NCBI GenBank assembly: GCA_018830005.1
Contig: JAHJTE010000001.1
Span: 449,332-513,331 of the forward strand
Length of the DNA stretch: 64,000 nucleotides
Direction of reading: 5' to 3'
From: Candidatus Omnitrophota bacterium
GTDB taxonomy: Bacteria; Omnitrophota; Gorgyraeia; JAHJTE01
In this document: positions 9,046 through 18,150 of the stretch, piece by piece
Position numbering within the stretch: the first letter of the stretch is position 1
How the letters are laid out: each line of letters opens with the position of its first letter
Notes under the pieces: generated by a model
The model's database searches: none
What the model saw: only the letters and a program-made list of their open reading frames with translations
Told to the model about the DNA's origin: nothing
Program-made: the position numbers and the translations under genes

Positions 9046-9234
9046 ATGAAAAGATGTCCTCAATGTAAAAGATTTGGCGTTGAGTATGATCCCCAGACAG
9101 GAAAAGAGAAATGTGTCTGGAGTGATTGCTTGTGGATTAATGAAACAGATATTGATTTAGATACTTATGATTACGGAGTAAATTTTGTAGAATTTAGGGA
9201 TTCTATAAATATCAAGCGAGAAATGGCAGTTTAA
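9046..9234 (+). CDS. Small Zn-finger-like hypothetical protein
   Basis: CPQC..CVWSDC; TATAAT just upstream. Confidence 0.6.
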   Translation: MKRCPQCKRFGVEYDPQTGKEKCVWSDCLWINETDIDLDTYDYGVNFVEFRDSINIKREMAV

Positions 9235-9250
9235 AATTAAATATTCTGAC

Positions 9251-9287
9251 AAAAGCGATAGCCAAAAGCTATCGCTTTTTTTGTTTT
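9251..9287. terminator. Bidirectional terminator
   Basis: AAAAGCGATAGC-CAAAA-GCTATCGCTTTT between convergent genes. Confidence 0.8.
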
Positions 9288-10898
9288 TTATAATGATAAA
9301 GCTATAAGTAAGTTTTTCCACATTTCGAGCTGTTTATTCCAATTTAACTCGAAGGCAATGTTGCGTAGCTTGTACTCGGGGATTAAGGAGATATTTTTGT
9401 TTTCTGAGCAGAGGATTTCTTCTTGTATAGTTGGCGCAAGCAGCAAAAGGTTCATCATTTGATTGAGCCGCTGGTGATTCAAGTTAAGCCATTTGGCAAC
9501 TTGCTTTAAGCCTTCAGCTTTTCCTTCAGCAAGGATGCCTTGGACTTGATGTGCCAAGATAAGATTCTGCCTTAATTGTGGCTCGTTCTTGATATTTATT
9601 TGATTAGGAGGGACTGGCAGGTTTTTGAGTTCCTTGAGTCCTACCTTATATTGGCGTCTCCTATTATCTTTTAGCAGAACGATTTCAAGTATCCCTTTAT
9701 TACCATCGAAACTTGCTTCTTTAAGGACTGTTTTAATGATTGCAATCTTTTCTTGAAGGCTAAAGGTATCCCATATTTTTTCGTCGAGTTTGGGTAGAGG
9801 AGTCAAGGTTCTGAGTAATTCGACGATTTTCTGTTCAATCTTCTGCGTGCTCAGTAAGCGGGTAGGACAGGTTTTGTAGCCACGCTTACTGGCGCTCATA
9901 CAAAGGTAGTAGTGATACCTGTATTTATTGGCTTTGATGTTGTAGGAGAAGTACATCGCGCAGTTGCAGGCTTTACAGCGCAGGAGGCCGGTAAGCAGAC
10001 CCACATGTTTAGTCTTCTTGGTCATTTTCCAGTCAGGCTTGTTTTTTGCAAGTATGCTTTGTGCTTTCTGGAAGGTTTTTTCCGAAATAATTGCTTCATG
10101 TTCTCCCGGATATAACTCGGCCTGGTATGAAACCTTGCCGGCGTAAAGCACATTTCTTAAGATTAGCTGAATACCGTTGATTGTAAACTGAATCCCACCG
10201 AATTTTCTGCCTTTTTCAGATGTATGCTGCTTAGTTGTACATCCCAGGTCATTCATAATCATGGTTACGGACAGAAGGGAGCGCTTTTCAATATACGAGG
10301 TGAAGATTTTACGCACGATCTTGGCTTCTTTCTGGTTAACCACGAGCTTATGCTTATCCTTATCGATGTTATAGCCTAAAGATGGCCTTCCTCCGATCCA
10401 TTTGCCTTTTCTCTTAGCAGCGCCCATCTTGTCGCGGGTGCGTTCTGAGATAATCTCGCGCTCAAACTGCGCAAAAGAGAGGAGGATATTAAGCGTAAGC
10501 CTGCCCATCGAGTTTTGCGTATTAAAGTGCTGTGTTACTGATACGAAGGTGGCACCATGTTTTTCAAATACAGACAGGAGCTCTGCAAAATCAAGAAGTG
10601 AGCGCGATAAGCGGTCAACCTTATAGACTACTACGCAATTAATTTTATTGGCTTTGATGTCAGTAAGAAGCCTCTGAAGTGCAGGTCTGTCTGTATTGGC
10701 TCCGGTGAAGCCACCGTCATCGTAGTATTCTGGCGAAGCTACCCAGCCTTCGTTTTTCTGGCTGGTGATGTAGCTTTCGCAGGACTCGCGTTGGGCATCC
10801 AGAGTAGTAAAGTCGCGCTCAAGTCCATCGCTGACCGATTTGCGCGTATAAATGGCGCAATTAATAATCTTTTTTTCTTCGGGTTCTGTAGTTTTCAT
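9288..10898 (-). CDS. Large serine recombinase
   Basis: CAIYTRKS, VVYKVDRLSRS, FAQFEREIISER, recombinase domain, Zn ribbon CKAC..YYLC. Confidence 0.93.
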   Translation of the reverse strand: MKTTEPEEKKIINCAIYTRKSVSDGLERDFTTLDAQRESCESYITSQKNEGWVASPEYYDDGGFTGANTDRPALQRLLTDIKANKINCVVVYKVDRLSRSLLDFAELLSVFEKHGATFVSVTQHFNTQNSMGRLTLNILLSFAQFEREIISERTRDKMGAAKRKGKWIGGRPSLGYNIDKDKHKLVVNQKEAKIVRKIFTSYIEKRSLLSVTMIMNDLGCTTKQHTSEKGRKFGGIQFTINGIQLILRNVLYAGKVSYQAELYPGEHEAIISEKTFQKAQSILAKNKPDWKMTKKTKHVGLLTGLLRCKACNCAMYFSYNIKANKYRYHYYLCMSASKRGYKTCPTRLLSTQKIEQKIVELLRTLTPLPKLDEKIWDTFSLQEKIAIIKTVLKEASFDGNKGILEIVLLKDNRRRQYKVGLKELKNLPVPPNQINIKNEPQLRQNLILAHQVQGILAEGKAEGLKQVAKWLNLNHQRLNQMMNLLLLAPTIQEEILCSENKNISLIPEYKLRNIAFELNWNKQLEMWKNLLIALSL

Positions 10899-11365
10899 AG
10901 GTTAAAAAAGTTATATCCGTTCCAATGCACTCCGGTTATTTCTTCAGCTATGGTGGTAAGATGCTTATATATTTTCCCGTTATATTCAAAGCCATTATCA
11001 AGTACCTTGACTTGGATATTTTTGCCTTTATATTTCTTGATGATGACACTTCCTGGGATAGGGAGACGTCTGTCCCTTCCGCAACTTTTCTTTCTTGCCT
11101 GCGTTTCTAGGCTTATCTTCGGTCTAATTGACTTATTATTGACAGGATCATAAAGCTTTATAAGTTCTCTAAGCCTATTTTCCGCTTTTTGCGATAAGCC
11201 GCCATATTTAAGCTCCTGCAGGCGGTAGGCAATCTTTCTTATTAGGTAGATTTTATTGTCTGAAGTCGCCTTTTGGCCATTAAATAGCGTCACAAATTCC
11301 TTCTGGAGCTCCGGAATCGCCTTATTTTTCAGGGCTATAATTTTGGCTTCTAATGTCTCTTTCAT
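10895..11365 (-). CDS. DUF2924 domain protein
   Basis: RKIAYRLQE..GGLS; KYKG..VKVL.NGFEYNG..LT.IA.EITGVHWNGYNFF; overlaps recombinase start. Confidence 0.88.
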   Translation of the reverse strand: MKETLEAKIIALKNKAIPELQKEFVTLFNGQKATSDNKIYLIRKIAYRLQELKYGGLSQKAENRLRELIKLYDPVNNKSIRPKISLETQARKKSCGRDRRLPIPGSVIIKKYKGKNIQVKVLDNGFEYNGKIYKHLTTIAEEITGVHWNGYNFFNL

Positions 11366-11587
11366 TGGCGCATTTTCCTCAGGTCACATAGGGCCATACA
11401 ATTCGAGATAAGTCAAGGGGATTAGAGAGGTATTTCATTCAGAAGGACAAGCCTTGCGATTTTTGCTAAAAGTGTTAAAATGGAGACAATATGAAAGAAC
11501 TTGACAAGAGTGGAATTTGGGAGTATAAAAGAAATATAGACGATGAGTGGTATGTTTCGAAGGGGGAACTGCCACGTAAAAATAATT

Positions 11588-11616
11588 AAAACCTTCGCCA
11601 AAAGCGGAGGTTTTTG
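11588..11616 (+). terminator. Terminator-like hairpin just upstream of vsr
   Basis: AAAACCTTCGC-CAAAA-GCGGAGGTTTTT. Confidence 0.6.
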
Positions 11617-11631
11617 TATTTATGGGTATAG

Positions 11632-12051
11632 ATGGACAGAATTTCAAAAGAAACGCGTAGTCAGAATATGGCCGCCATTAAAGGAACAGACACTACTCCT
11701 GAAATGGCTGTAAGAAGAATGCTTTATTCTTTAGGGTATAGATATAGGTTGCATAAAAAGGATCTTCCGGGTAAGCCCGATATTTTTATAAGGAATCGTA
11801 ATGCTGCAATATTTGTGAATGGCTGTTTTTGGCACCAACATCCGAATTGCAGATTTGCAACTAAACCGAAAAGCAACAGAAGATTCTGGATGAAGAAATT
11901 AAAGAAAAACATAAAGCGTGACGAAGAAAATCTTATGAGACTCAAAAAGTTGGGCTATAAGATTATCTCCATATGGGAGTGTGAAATCGGCAAACAGTCA
12001 GTCAGTTTGAATCAGAGGCTCGTGAAGAGATTAGCAAGATCATTAGGGTAA
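11632..12051 (+). CDS. vsr: Very short patch repair endonuclease
   Basis: RSQNMAAIKGTDTTPE, LPGKPDI, FVNGCFWH, IWECE. Confidence 0.95.
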   Translation: MDRISKETRSQNMAAIKGTDTTPEMAVRRMLYSLGYRYRLHKKDLPGKPDIFIRNRNAAIFVNGCFWHQHPNCRFATKPKSNRRFWMKKLKKNIKRDEENLMRLKKLGYKIISIWECEIGKQSVSLNQRLVKRLARSLG

Positions 12052-12056
12052 AAATT

Positions 12057-13121
12057 ATGGGTAAAGCCGGTTTTAATGTGGTCGATTTGTTCTGCGGATG
12101 CGGCGGTCTGTCGCTCGGGTTTATAGAAGCCGGATATAAGGTAATCCTGGGAGTTGACAATGATTCGGCAGCTCTGGAGACCTTTAAAGCCAATCATAAT
12201 GGAGCTGAGGCGTGCAATATAGATCTTTCCGATAATTCTTTTTTGAAAAAGATGTACAGGGCTGTAAAGGATGAGAAAATTGATGTAATAATAGCAGGTC
12301 CGCCGTGTCAGGGTTTTTCTCTTACCGGACCACGTAATTTCGATGATAAGAGAAATGTTCTTTATCTGGCGGTTATTACCGCAGTAAAAAAAATAAAACC
12401 GAAAGCGTTTCTTATTGAGAACGTGCCCGGACTGGCAGCTCTTTACGGCGGTCAGGTTAAGGATGAGATTATCAGGCGTCTTAAAGAAGTGGGATACAAT
12501 GTAACAATGGATATTCTTTGTGCCGCAGATTACGGCGTGCCGCAGTTGCGGAAGCGGGTCTTCTTTGGGGGACTGGAAAAGAGTCTGGGACAGTTTGAAT
12601 TTCCTTCAAAAACGCATTCACCGGATAATTATGTTACCTGTGCCGATGCTATCAGTGATCTGCCGGGCAGAGAAAGCGAACTGGGAGAAGAGGAGGATGA
12701 TTACGAAAGCTCTCCGCTTACTTCCTATCAGAGAAAACTGCGCAGCAACTGCAGGAAATTATATAATCACATAGCTACAAACCACACTGAAATTGTAAAG
12801 AGTGTTATTAAGCTTGTTCCGGAGGGCGGAGATTACAGGGATCTCCCGAAAGGAGTTGGCGAGCACAGACAGTTTAATGAAGCATGGACCCGTTATCACG
12901 GCAGTAGGCCTTCATATACAATTGACACCGGTCATCGCAACCACTTTCATTACAGACATAACAGGGTTCCCACCATAAGAGAGAATGCACGATTACAGTC
13001 TTTTTCCGATTCTTTTATTTTCTACGGGACTAAAACACAGCAAAACAGGCAGGTGGGTAACGCTGTGCCGCCTTTATTGGGATATCATTTGGCCAGGCAG
13101 ATTCTTCGCTATATAAAGTAG
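12057..13121 (+). CDS. DNA (cytosine-5) methyltransferase 1
   Basis: DLFCGCGG, GPPCQGFS, ENV, QLRKR, QVGNAV. Confidence 0.95.
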   Translation: MGKAGFNVVDLFCGCGGLSLGFIEAGYKVILGVDNDSAALETFKANHNGAEACNIDLSDNSFLKKMYRAVKDEKIDVIIAGPPCQGFSLTGPRNFDDKRNVLYLAVITAVKKIKPKAFLIENVPGLAALYGGQVKDEIIRRLKEVGYNVTMDILCAADYGVPQLRKRVFFGGLEKSLGQFEFPSKTHSPDNYVTCADAISDLPGRESELGEEEDDYESSPLTSYQRKLRSNCRKLYNHIATNHTEIVKSVIKLVPEGGDYRDLPKGVGEHRQFNEAWTRYHGSRPSYTIDTGHRNHFHYRHNRVPTIRENARLQSFSDSFIFYGTKTQQNRQVGNAVPPLLGYHLARQILRYIK

Positions 13122-13129
13122 GAGTATCT

Positions 13130-14395
13130 ATGGAAAAGTACAGATTTATAGATCTTTTTGCAGGATGCGGCGGTCTCTGCGACGGGTTTGAACAGACCGG
13201 ACTGTTTGAGCATGTTGCCTCCGTAGAATGGGAAAAAGCCCCGCGGGACACGCTTGTCAAACGCCTGAGGGATAAATGGGGCTATGCAGATGCCGAATAT
13301 CGTGCAGTCCGTTTTGATATTCAGCGGACAGGCGAGTTATTTAAAGGATGGGCAGATGATCCTGTTTATGGAAGCAGTATCGGACTGGATAATATTATTT
13401 CGAAAAGCGGACATATAGATCTGATTATAGGCGGTCCTCCATGTCAGGCATATTCTGTAGCAGGCAGGATTCGGGACGAACACGGTATGCAGAATGACTA
13501 CAGGAATTATCTTTTTGAATGTTATCTGAAAGCTGTCGACAGATACAGGCCGAAAGTATTTGTTTTTGAAAATGTCGAAGGAATATTAAGTGCACGTCCC
13601 AATGGAATAGCTATAATTGAGAAAATCAGGCATGCATTTTCAGATCACGGTTATGAACTGATTTCCGATCTGCGCGGAAAAGCGGTGATTGATCTGTCGC
13701 ATTTTGGTATACCTCAGCGGCGAACAAGGGTAATACTGGTAGGATTGAGAAAACAGACATTCGGAAGAGCATGCCAGGCAGCTTTAGCCGATTTTTATGA
13801 TAATATTCTGCAGGCATACCGGTCGCCGACCGTGGCGACTGTCAGGAAAGCCATAGGTGATCTGGATGCTCTTTATCCGACTCCAAAAGATTGTCGCATC
13901 GGCGGAAAAATGTTTTCGCATAAACCAGAAAGTTCCGGAATATCCAACCATACTCCCCGTTATCATAACAGAAGAGACATAGGGATTTTTGGAGATCTTG
14001 CAGGCGACATTGAGTCAGGAAGAAACCGGTACGCAGGCATAATAGAACTGCAGAAGCTTTATACTGAAAGAACAGGAAAAACTTCCAATGTGCACAAATA
14101 CTATGTATTGAGGTGGGCTCAGCCTAGCAACACAATTCCCGCCCATCTTTACAAAGACGGTTTGCGTCATATTCATCCGGATCCGAAACAGGCACGATCC
14201 ATTACTGTAAGAGAAGCAGCCCGTCTTCAGGCATTTGATGATGATTTTGAATTTATCGGCAGCATGGGGGATCAGTATAAAATGATCGGCAATGCGGTGC
14301 CGCCTTTATTCGCCAAAATTCTTGCCGAAGCAATATATGATTTTATTAGAGATTTGCAGGTCTCCGGAAGGAGGAAAGCATGTCGAAGGAAATAA
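13130..14395 (+). CDS. DNA (cytosine-5) methyltransferase 2
   Basis: DLFAGCGG, GPPCQAYS, ENV, QRRTR, IGNAVPP. Confidence 0.95.
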   Translation: MEKYRFIDLFAGCGGLCDGFEQTGLFEHVASVEWEKAPRDTLVKRLRDKWGYADAEYRAVRFDIQRTGELFKGWADDPVYGSSIGLDNIISKSGHIDLIIGGPPCQAYSVAGRIRDEHGMQNDYRNYLFECYLKAVDRYRPKVFVFENVEGILSARPNGIAIIEKIRHAFSDHGYELISDLRGKAVIDLSHFGIPQRRTRVILVGLRKQTFGRACQAALADFYDNILQAYRSPTVATVRKAIGDLDALYPTPKDCRIGGKMFSHKPESSGISNHTPRYHNRRDIGIFGDLAGDIESGRNRYAGIIELQKLYTERTGKTSNVHKYYVLRWAQPSNTIPAHLYKDGLRHIHPDPKQARSITVREAARLQAFDDDFEFIGSMGDQYKMIGNAVPPLFAKILAEAIYDFIRDLQVSGRRKACRRK

Positions 14396-15384
14396 TTTAT
14401 GCCCGAAAGCTGTATGATCAGGAATTAGGTTATAGGAAGGGGCAGCCTAAAAAAGCAGGGAGATATTTTTTTATATCGAAAGAATGTATAGCCTACTTTC
14501 CGCCATTAAGCACGCTGATAAAAAACGATCATATACTGATAAAAATCATTCCTCCTGATTCGCAGAAAATCGTTCTGAGTAATTATGTATATCATAATGA
14601 CAAAATCACTGATAATAAGTCGCACGGAAGAGATGAATACAGATTGTACTTAAACAGTGAGACTGATACGGAAAGGAACTTTTTTAAGCCGGGAGATATT
14701 GCAGTGCTCTATAGGTATGCCGTTGAAAATGAATCCATATATAAAATTTTCTATTTTCCGGTTTCGCAGAAAGATAATCATTATAAAAGGCTTGAAGCAA
14801 TGATAGAGGAGAGCAGGATTAAAGGCGGGCACGCCTTAATTGAAGCCTCGAAAATTCCTTTTATCAGACTGCCAAGCCGTATTGATTTGGAAGATAGGGT
14901 AATTCCAAAGGAAGTAATGGAAGATGTGCTGAGCGAACCTCTGGAACCCCTGCCTGCCGAAGTCATGGAAAACGAGTTTCTGTTTACACGTACTATACGA
15001 GAGAACAACTTCAGGGAACTGCTGCTGTTTTTTTATGATTATCGGTGTGCTGTTACCGGATCAGCAATGAGATATAAAAATCTGATTAACCTTCAGGCAG
15101 CGCATATAATACCTGATGAGCATGGCGGACCTCCGCATCCCAAAAACGGACTCCCCCTGTCCAGAGATTTACATTGGGCTTTTGACATCGGTTTTTTCAC
15201 AGTAGACGATCAATACGAAATAAACGTTCATGAAAAAGTTAAAGATATTCAGATAATGCGGGAGATAAATAACAGAAAGATAATATTGCCTCAGGATAAT
15301 CGGGCCTGGCCCAGTATCCATTCACTTAAATGGCATAGAGATAATGTATTTGGTATTTTTACGTCTAAAACACTGGAACCGTAA
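14380..15384 (+). CDS. HNH endonuclease (probable restriction enzyme)
   Basis: CAVTG..LQAAHII..NGLPLSRDLHWAFD; overlaps the methylase. Confidence 0.85.
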   Translation: MSKEIIYARKLYDQELGYRKGQPKKAGRYFFISKECIAYFPPLSTLIKNDHILIKIIPPDSQKIVLSNYVYHNDKITDNKSHGRDEYRLYLNSETDTERNFFKPGDIAVLYRYAVENESIYKIFYFPVSQKDNHYKRLEAMIEESRIKGGHALIEASKIPFIRLPSRIDLEDRVIPKEVMEDVLSEPLEPLPAEVMENEFLFTRTIRENNFRELLLFFYDYRCAVTGSAMRYKNLINLQAAHIIPDEHGGPPHPKNGLPLSRDLHWAFDIGFFTVDDQYEINVHEKVKDIQIMREINNRKIILPQDNRAWPSIHSLKWHRDNVFGIFTSKTLEP

Positions 15385-15538
15385 TATTTGCCGTTGTTGG
15401 CAGATGTTTTATATAAGCCTTTGCGGAACAGAACCCGAACAATCGGATCTTAGGCGAGTATTTGATTTATAGCCTGTTGAGGCACGGATAATTCGATAAA
15501 GCGTCTACAAACAGCAGATAGAATTCGTTGAATCTGAA

Positions 15539-15733
15539 ATGAATGTATCAGATAAAGAAGTTATATTCTTGCTTCAACTTGAAGATGTTCAGGAAGAAGC
15601 TATGCAGAAACTTAATCGCAGTCTGACTGCGGATGAGTTGTATGAGGTTAAAAAAGGAGTTGAGTTCGGATTAGAGCATTGGCCGGAAGTTGTCCGGCAT
15701 GCAATTGACAATCTGAAGGAGCATTCTAAATAG
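15539..15733 (+). CDS. Small hypothetical protein
   Basis: Plausible helical ORF in island orientation. Confidence 0.55.
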   Translation: MNVSDKEVIFLLQLEDVQEEAMQKLNRSLTADELYEVKKGVEFGLEHWPEVVRHAIDNLKEHSK

Positions 15734-15918
15734 GTAAAGAATTTTGGGATATGGTAGGCGGCTCAGGAACGTACGAGGAAGTTCTGGGAATCTATCAGGA
15801 AGTCGGCAAGGAAAAAGGCTCTGATATGTTGGATCAATTAGCGTTAGGTTACTAAGGTAAAATCCTACCAAAAGTCCATCCTTTCGAAAGATTCAGAATC
15901 GGTTTATCTAAAAGGACG

Positions 15919-18150
15919 ATGGAAGATATATTTAACAAATTAAGGAAATTATTAAGACGACTTTTTCGTATATTTGGTTTTTTTTCTTCTAAACAGCTAG
16001 AAAAACATATGGAAGAAAAGGAACCTGAGAAGGTTGGTGCGGAGAATGTTCAAGAGGAGGGCGAAGTTACTGAAGAACAAAATAAGCCATACCTTAAAAA
16101 AAGTCCTACAACCGAAATTGATGATATAGTAAAGACAGAAAAGAAAGAACAAGCCCAAGAGACGACCGAAAAACCTCAAGATTCTAAGAGAGAGAAAATT
16201 ATAAATTTGGGAGCTCAAAAGAGAAAGACGCAGAAGTCTGATGTACGAATGCAAACTGCAATTCCTGATGAAAGGAAAACAGCCGAGATAAAAGAACTTG
16301 AGGAGACTGTTGCGAGATTTGAAAGCCCATATGTAGAAACAGATTTTGATTATACAGAAAAGATTCATCTGGTTTTGTCAAGGCAGAAATTCAATGTTGG
16401 AGCGGGGCAGAACATTGCCAAGTACATGAATTATAAGTTGAAGTTGAACAATGAGGAGCAAGAAGTTCAGGCAAGGGTTTTTCCTGAAGATAACTATGCG
16501 GAAGTAGGAGAACAGAGCATATATATAAAAAAGCCATTGAATGAATTTGAAGTTATTTTCCCTGAAGAGGTTCAAAACAGAGTATACAGGTATAAGCATG
16601 CAAATGAGGCTTTTTACATCTTTATTGCTATAGGCGAAAGCAAGGGCAGAATGTTATACAATGTTGAACTGCTTCCCAAGAGGATGGTCTGGATATTACT
16701 GGAGGAGGATTATGATTTGGCGTCAGAGCCGAAGGAAGTGGAACAATGGATAATCGATGAGCCAGTAGACTGGATATGGGAGAAATACAGGCCCATTCTT
16801 GTTGACCTGAGGAAAATCGATATTTTGATTATAAGGAATAGGAAAACAGACGTTGAAATTAGGTTACCTTGCGAGCCAACCTTTAATCTGGAAAGTGAGC
16901 CTCTTATCGAAGATGATTTTAAGAGTACGTGCCCGCTTTTTACTGGTAGAACTATCAAAATAATAGCGCCACATAAGAATCAACAGGGATGGAATGTATG
17001 GGTTCAGAATAGGGTACTTGGCAGTAGTAAGATGATTGCTGAAAGCTGGACAGGCGATGAGCCTCTTACATTAAGTCTTACTGAATCCCTTCCTTGCAGT
17101 AGTGGCGAGTTTCAGGTTGACATTTGCCCGTGCGGCTCCGGAATATCTGACGATACGCTCTTCTTCCGCTGGATTTCTTATATTGAATTAAATTATCCTA
17201 AAGAGCTGATAATTCCTGACCCAAAGGCAGGACATAAATCTTCACTGATTACGGTTGTTTTAGATGATATCGAAAAACGGGAAATGAGAAATGCAGAAGG
17301 TGAAGAGCTGAAATCAAAAGAGGGCAATTCATTTGAGCTCATATTAAAACCTAAAGAGGATAGATGCCAGTTTTCTGTTGGGGAGAAAGGAGAAAGTGGG
17401 GTCACCATAAGGATATGTGCGACAATACCGAGATTAAAATGGAAGACATCTAAACAGAAAGACTGGCAGGATAAACCATATCTTATGCAAAGAAAGCAAT
17501 TGGTGACAGGAGAACCGCTGGATTTGTTAATCCGCACCAACGATTTTAATAGTAAATATGATATATTAGCAGTACTTGAAGAAAATGGGCAGAGGCGCCA
17601 GGGACCAGAGAGATTTGTTTTAAAGAACAGACTTTTCGTTTTGGATTTTAACCGGTTTTACGAGACAATAAAGCACTATGAAGATGAATTAATTTTAAAG
17701 ATAGAGATTAAAAAAGCAAGGGAAACAGGGCCTGTTGAAAAAATTAAAATCTTACGCATTAAGCCTGAACCAAAATCTAGAGGCTCTTCAGAGCCGAAGC
17801 TAGATCTAAATAACCTGATGAAAGGCGTTTGCTTGAAAAGGATTTGTTTCTTTTTACGTCAGATAAAAGATAAATGTCCGAAAGAAAAACAGAACTCTAA
17901 AAAGATACGAAATATCTATTATCATAGATTAAGGAAAAAACAAACAAACGAAGAAAAAGAAAAGTATAAAAAGGAATTTGTGATAAAGAGCATGGTTTTT
18001 ATCAAGTTTGTCATGGATAAATATGGCGAAAGATTCCTGATTAAAAAGCAAAATAAGTTAAAGACAAAAATAGATTTATTTCAAAAGTTATTGCTGAAAG
18101 AATTCGATGATTTATACAGCACTTTCAACAGGAGGCAAGAATGTCACTAG
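15919..18150 (+). CDS. Large hypothetical protein overlapping the helicase start (candidate Druantia-type partner)
   Basis: 743-aa ORF with no motif recognised; overlaps the helicase by 10 nt. Confidence 0.7.
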   Translation: MEDIFNKLRKLLRRLFRIFGFFSSKQLEKHMEEKEPEKVGAENVQEEGEVTEEQNKPYLKKSPTTEIDDIVKTEKKEQAQETTEKPQDSKREKIINLGAQKRKTQKSDVRMQTAIPDERKTAEIKELEETVARFESPYVETDFDYTEKIHLVLSRQKFNVGAGQNIAKYMNYKLKLNNEEQEVQARVFPEDNYAEVGEQSIYIKKPLNEFEVIFPEEVQNRVYRYKHANEAFYIFIAIGESKGRMLYNVELLPKRMVWILLEEDYDLASEPKEVEQWIIDEPVDWIWEKYRPILVDLRKIDILIIRNRKTDVEIRLPCEPTFNLESEPLIEDDFKSTCPLFTGRTIKIIAPHKNQQGWNVWVQNRVLGSSKMIAESWTGDEPLTLSLTESLPCSSGEFQVDICPCGSGISDDTLFFRWISYIELNYPKELIIPDPKAGHKSSLITVVLDDIEKREMRNAEGEELKSKEGNSFELILKPKEDRCQFSVGEKGESGVTIRICATIPRLKWKTSKQKDWQDKPYLMQRKQLVTGEPLDLLIRTNDFNSKYDILAVLEENGQRRQGPERFVLKNRLFVLDFNRFYETIKHYEDELILKIEIKKARETGPVEKIKILRIKPEPKSRGSSEPKLDLNNLMKGVCLKRICFFLRQIKDKCPKEKQNSKKIRNIYYHRLRKKQTNEEKEKYKKEFVIKSMVFIKFVMDKYGERFLIKKQNKLKTKIDLFQKLLLKEFDDLYSTFNRRQECH

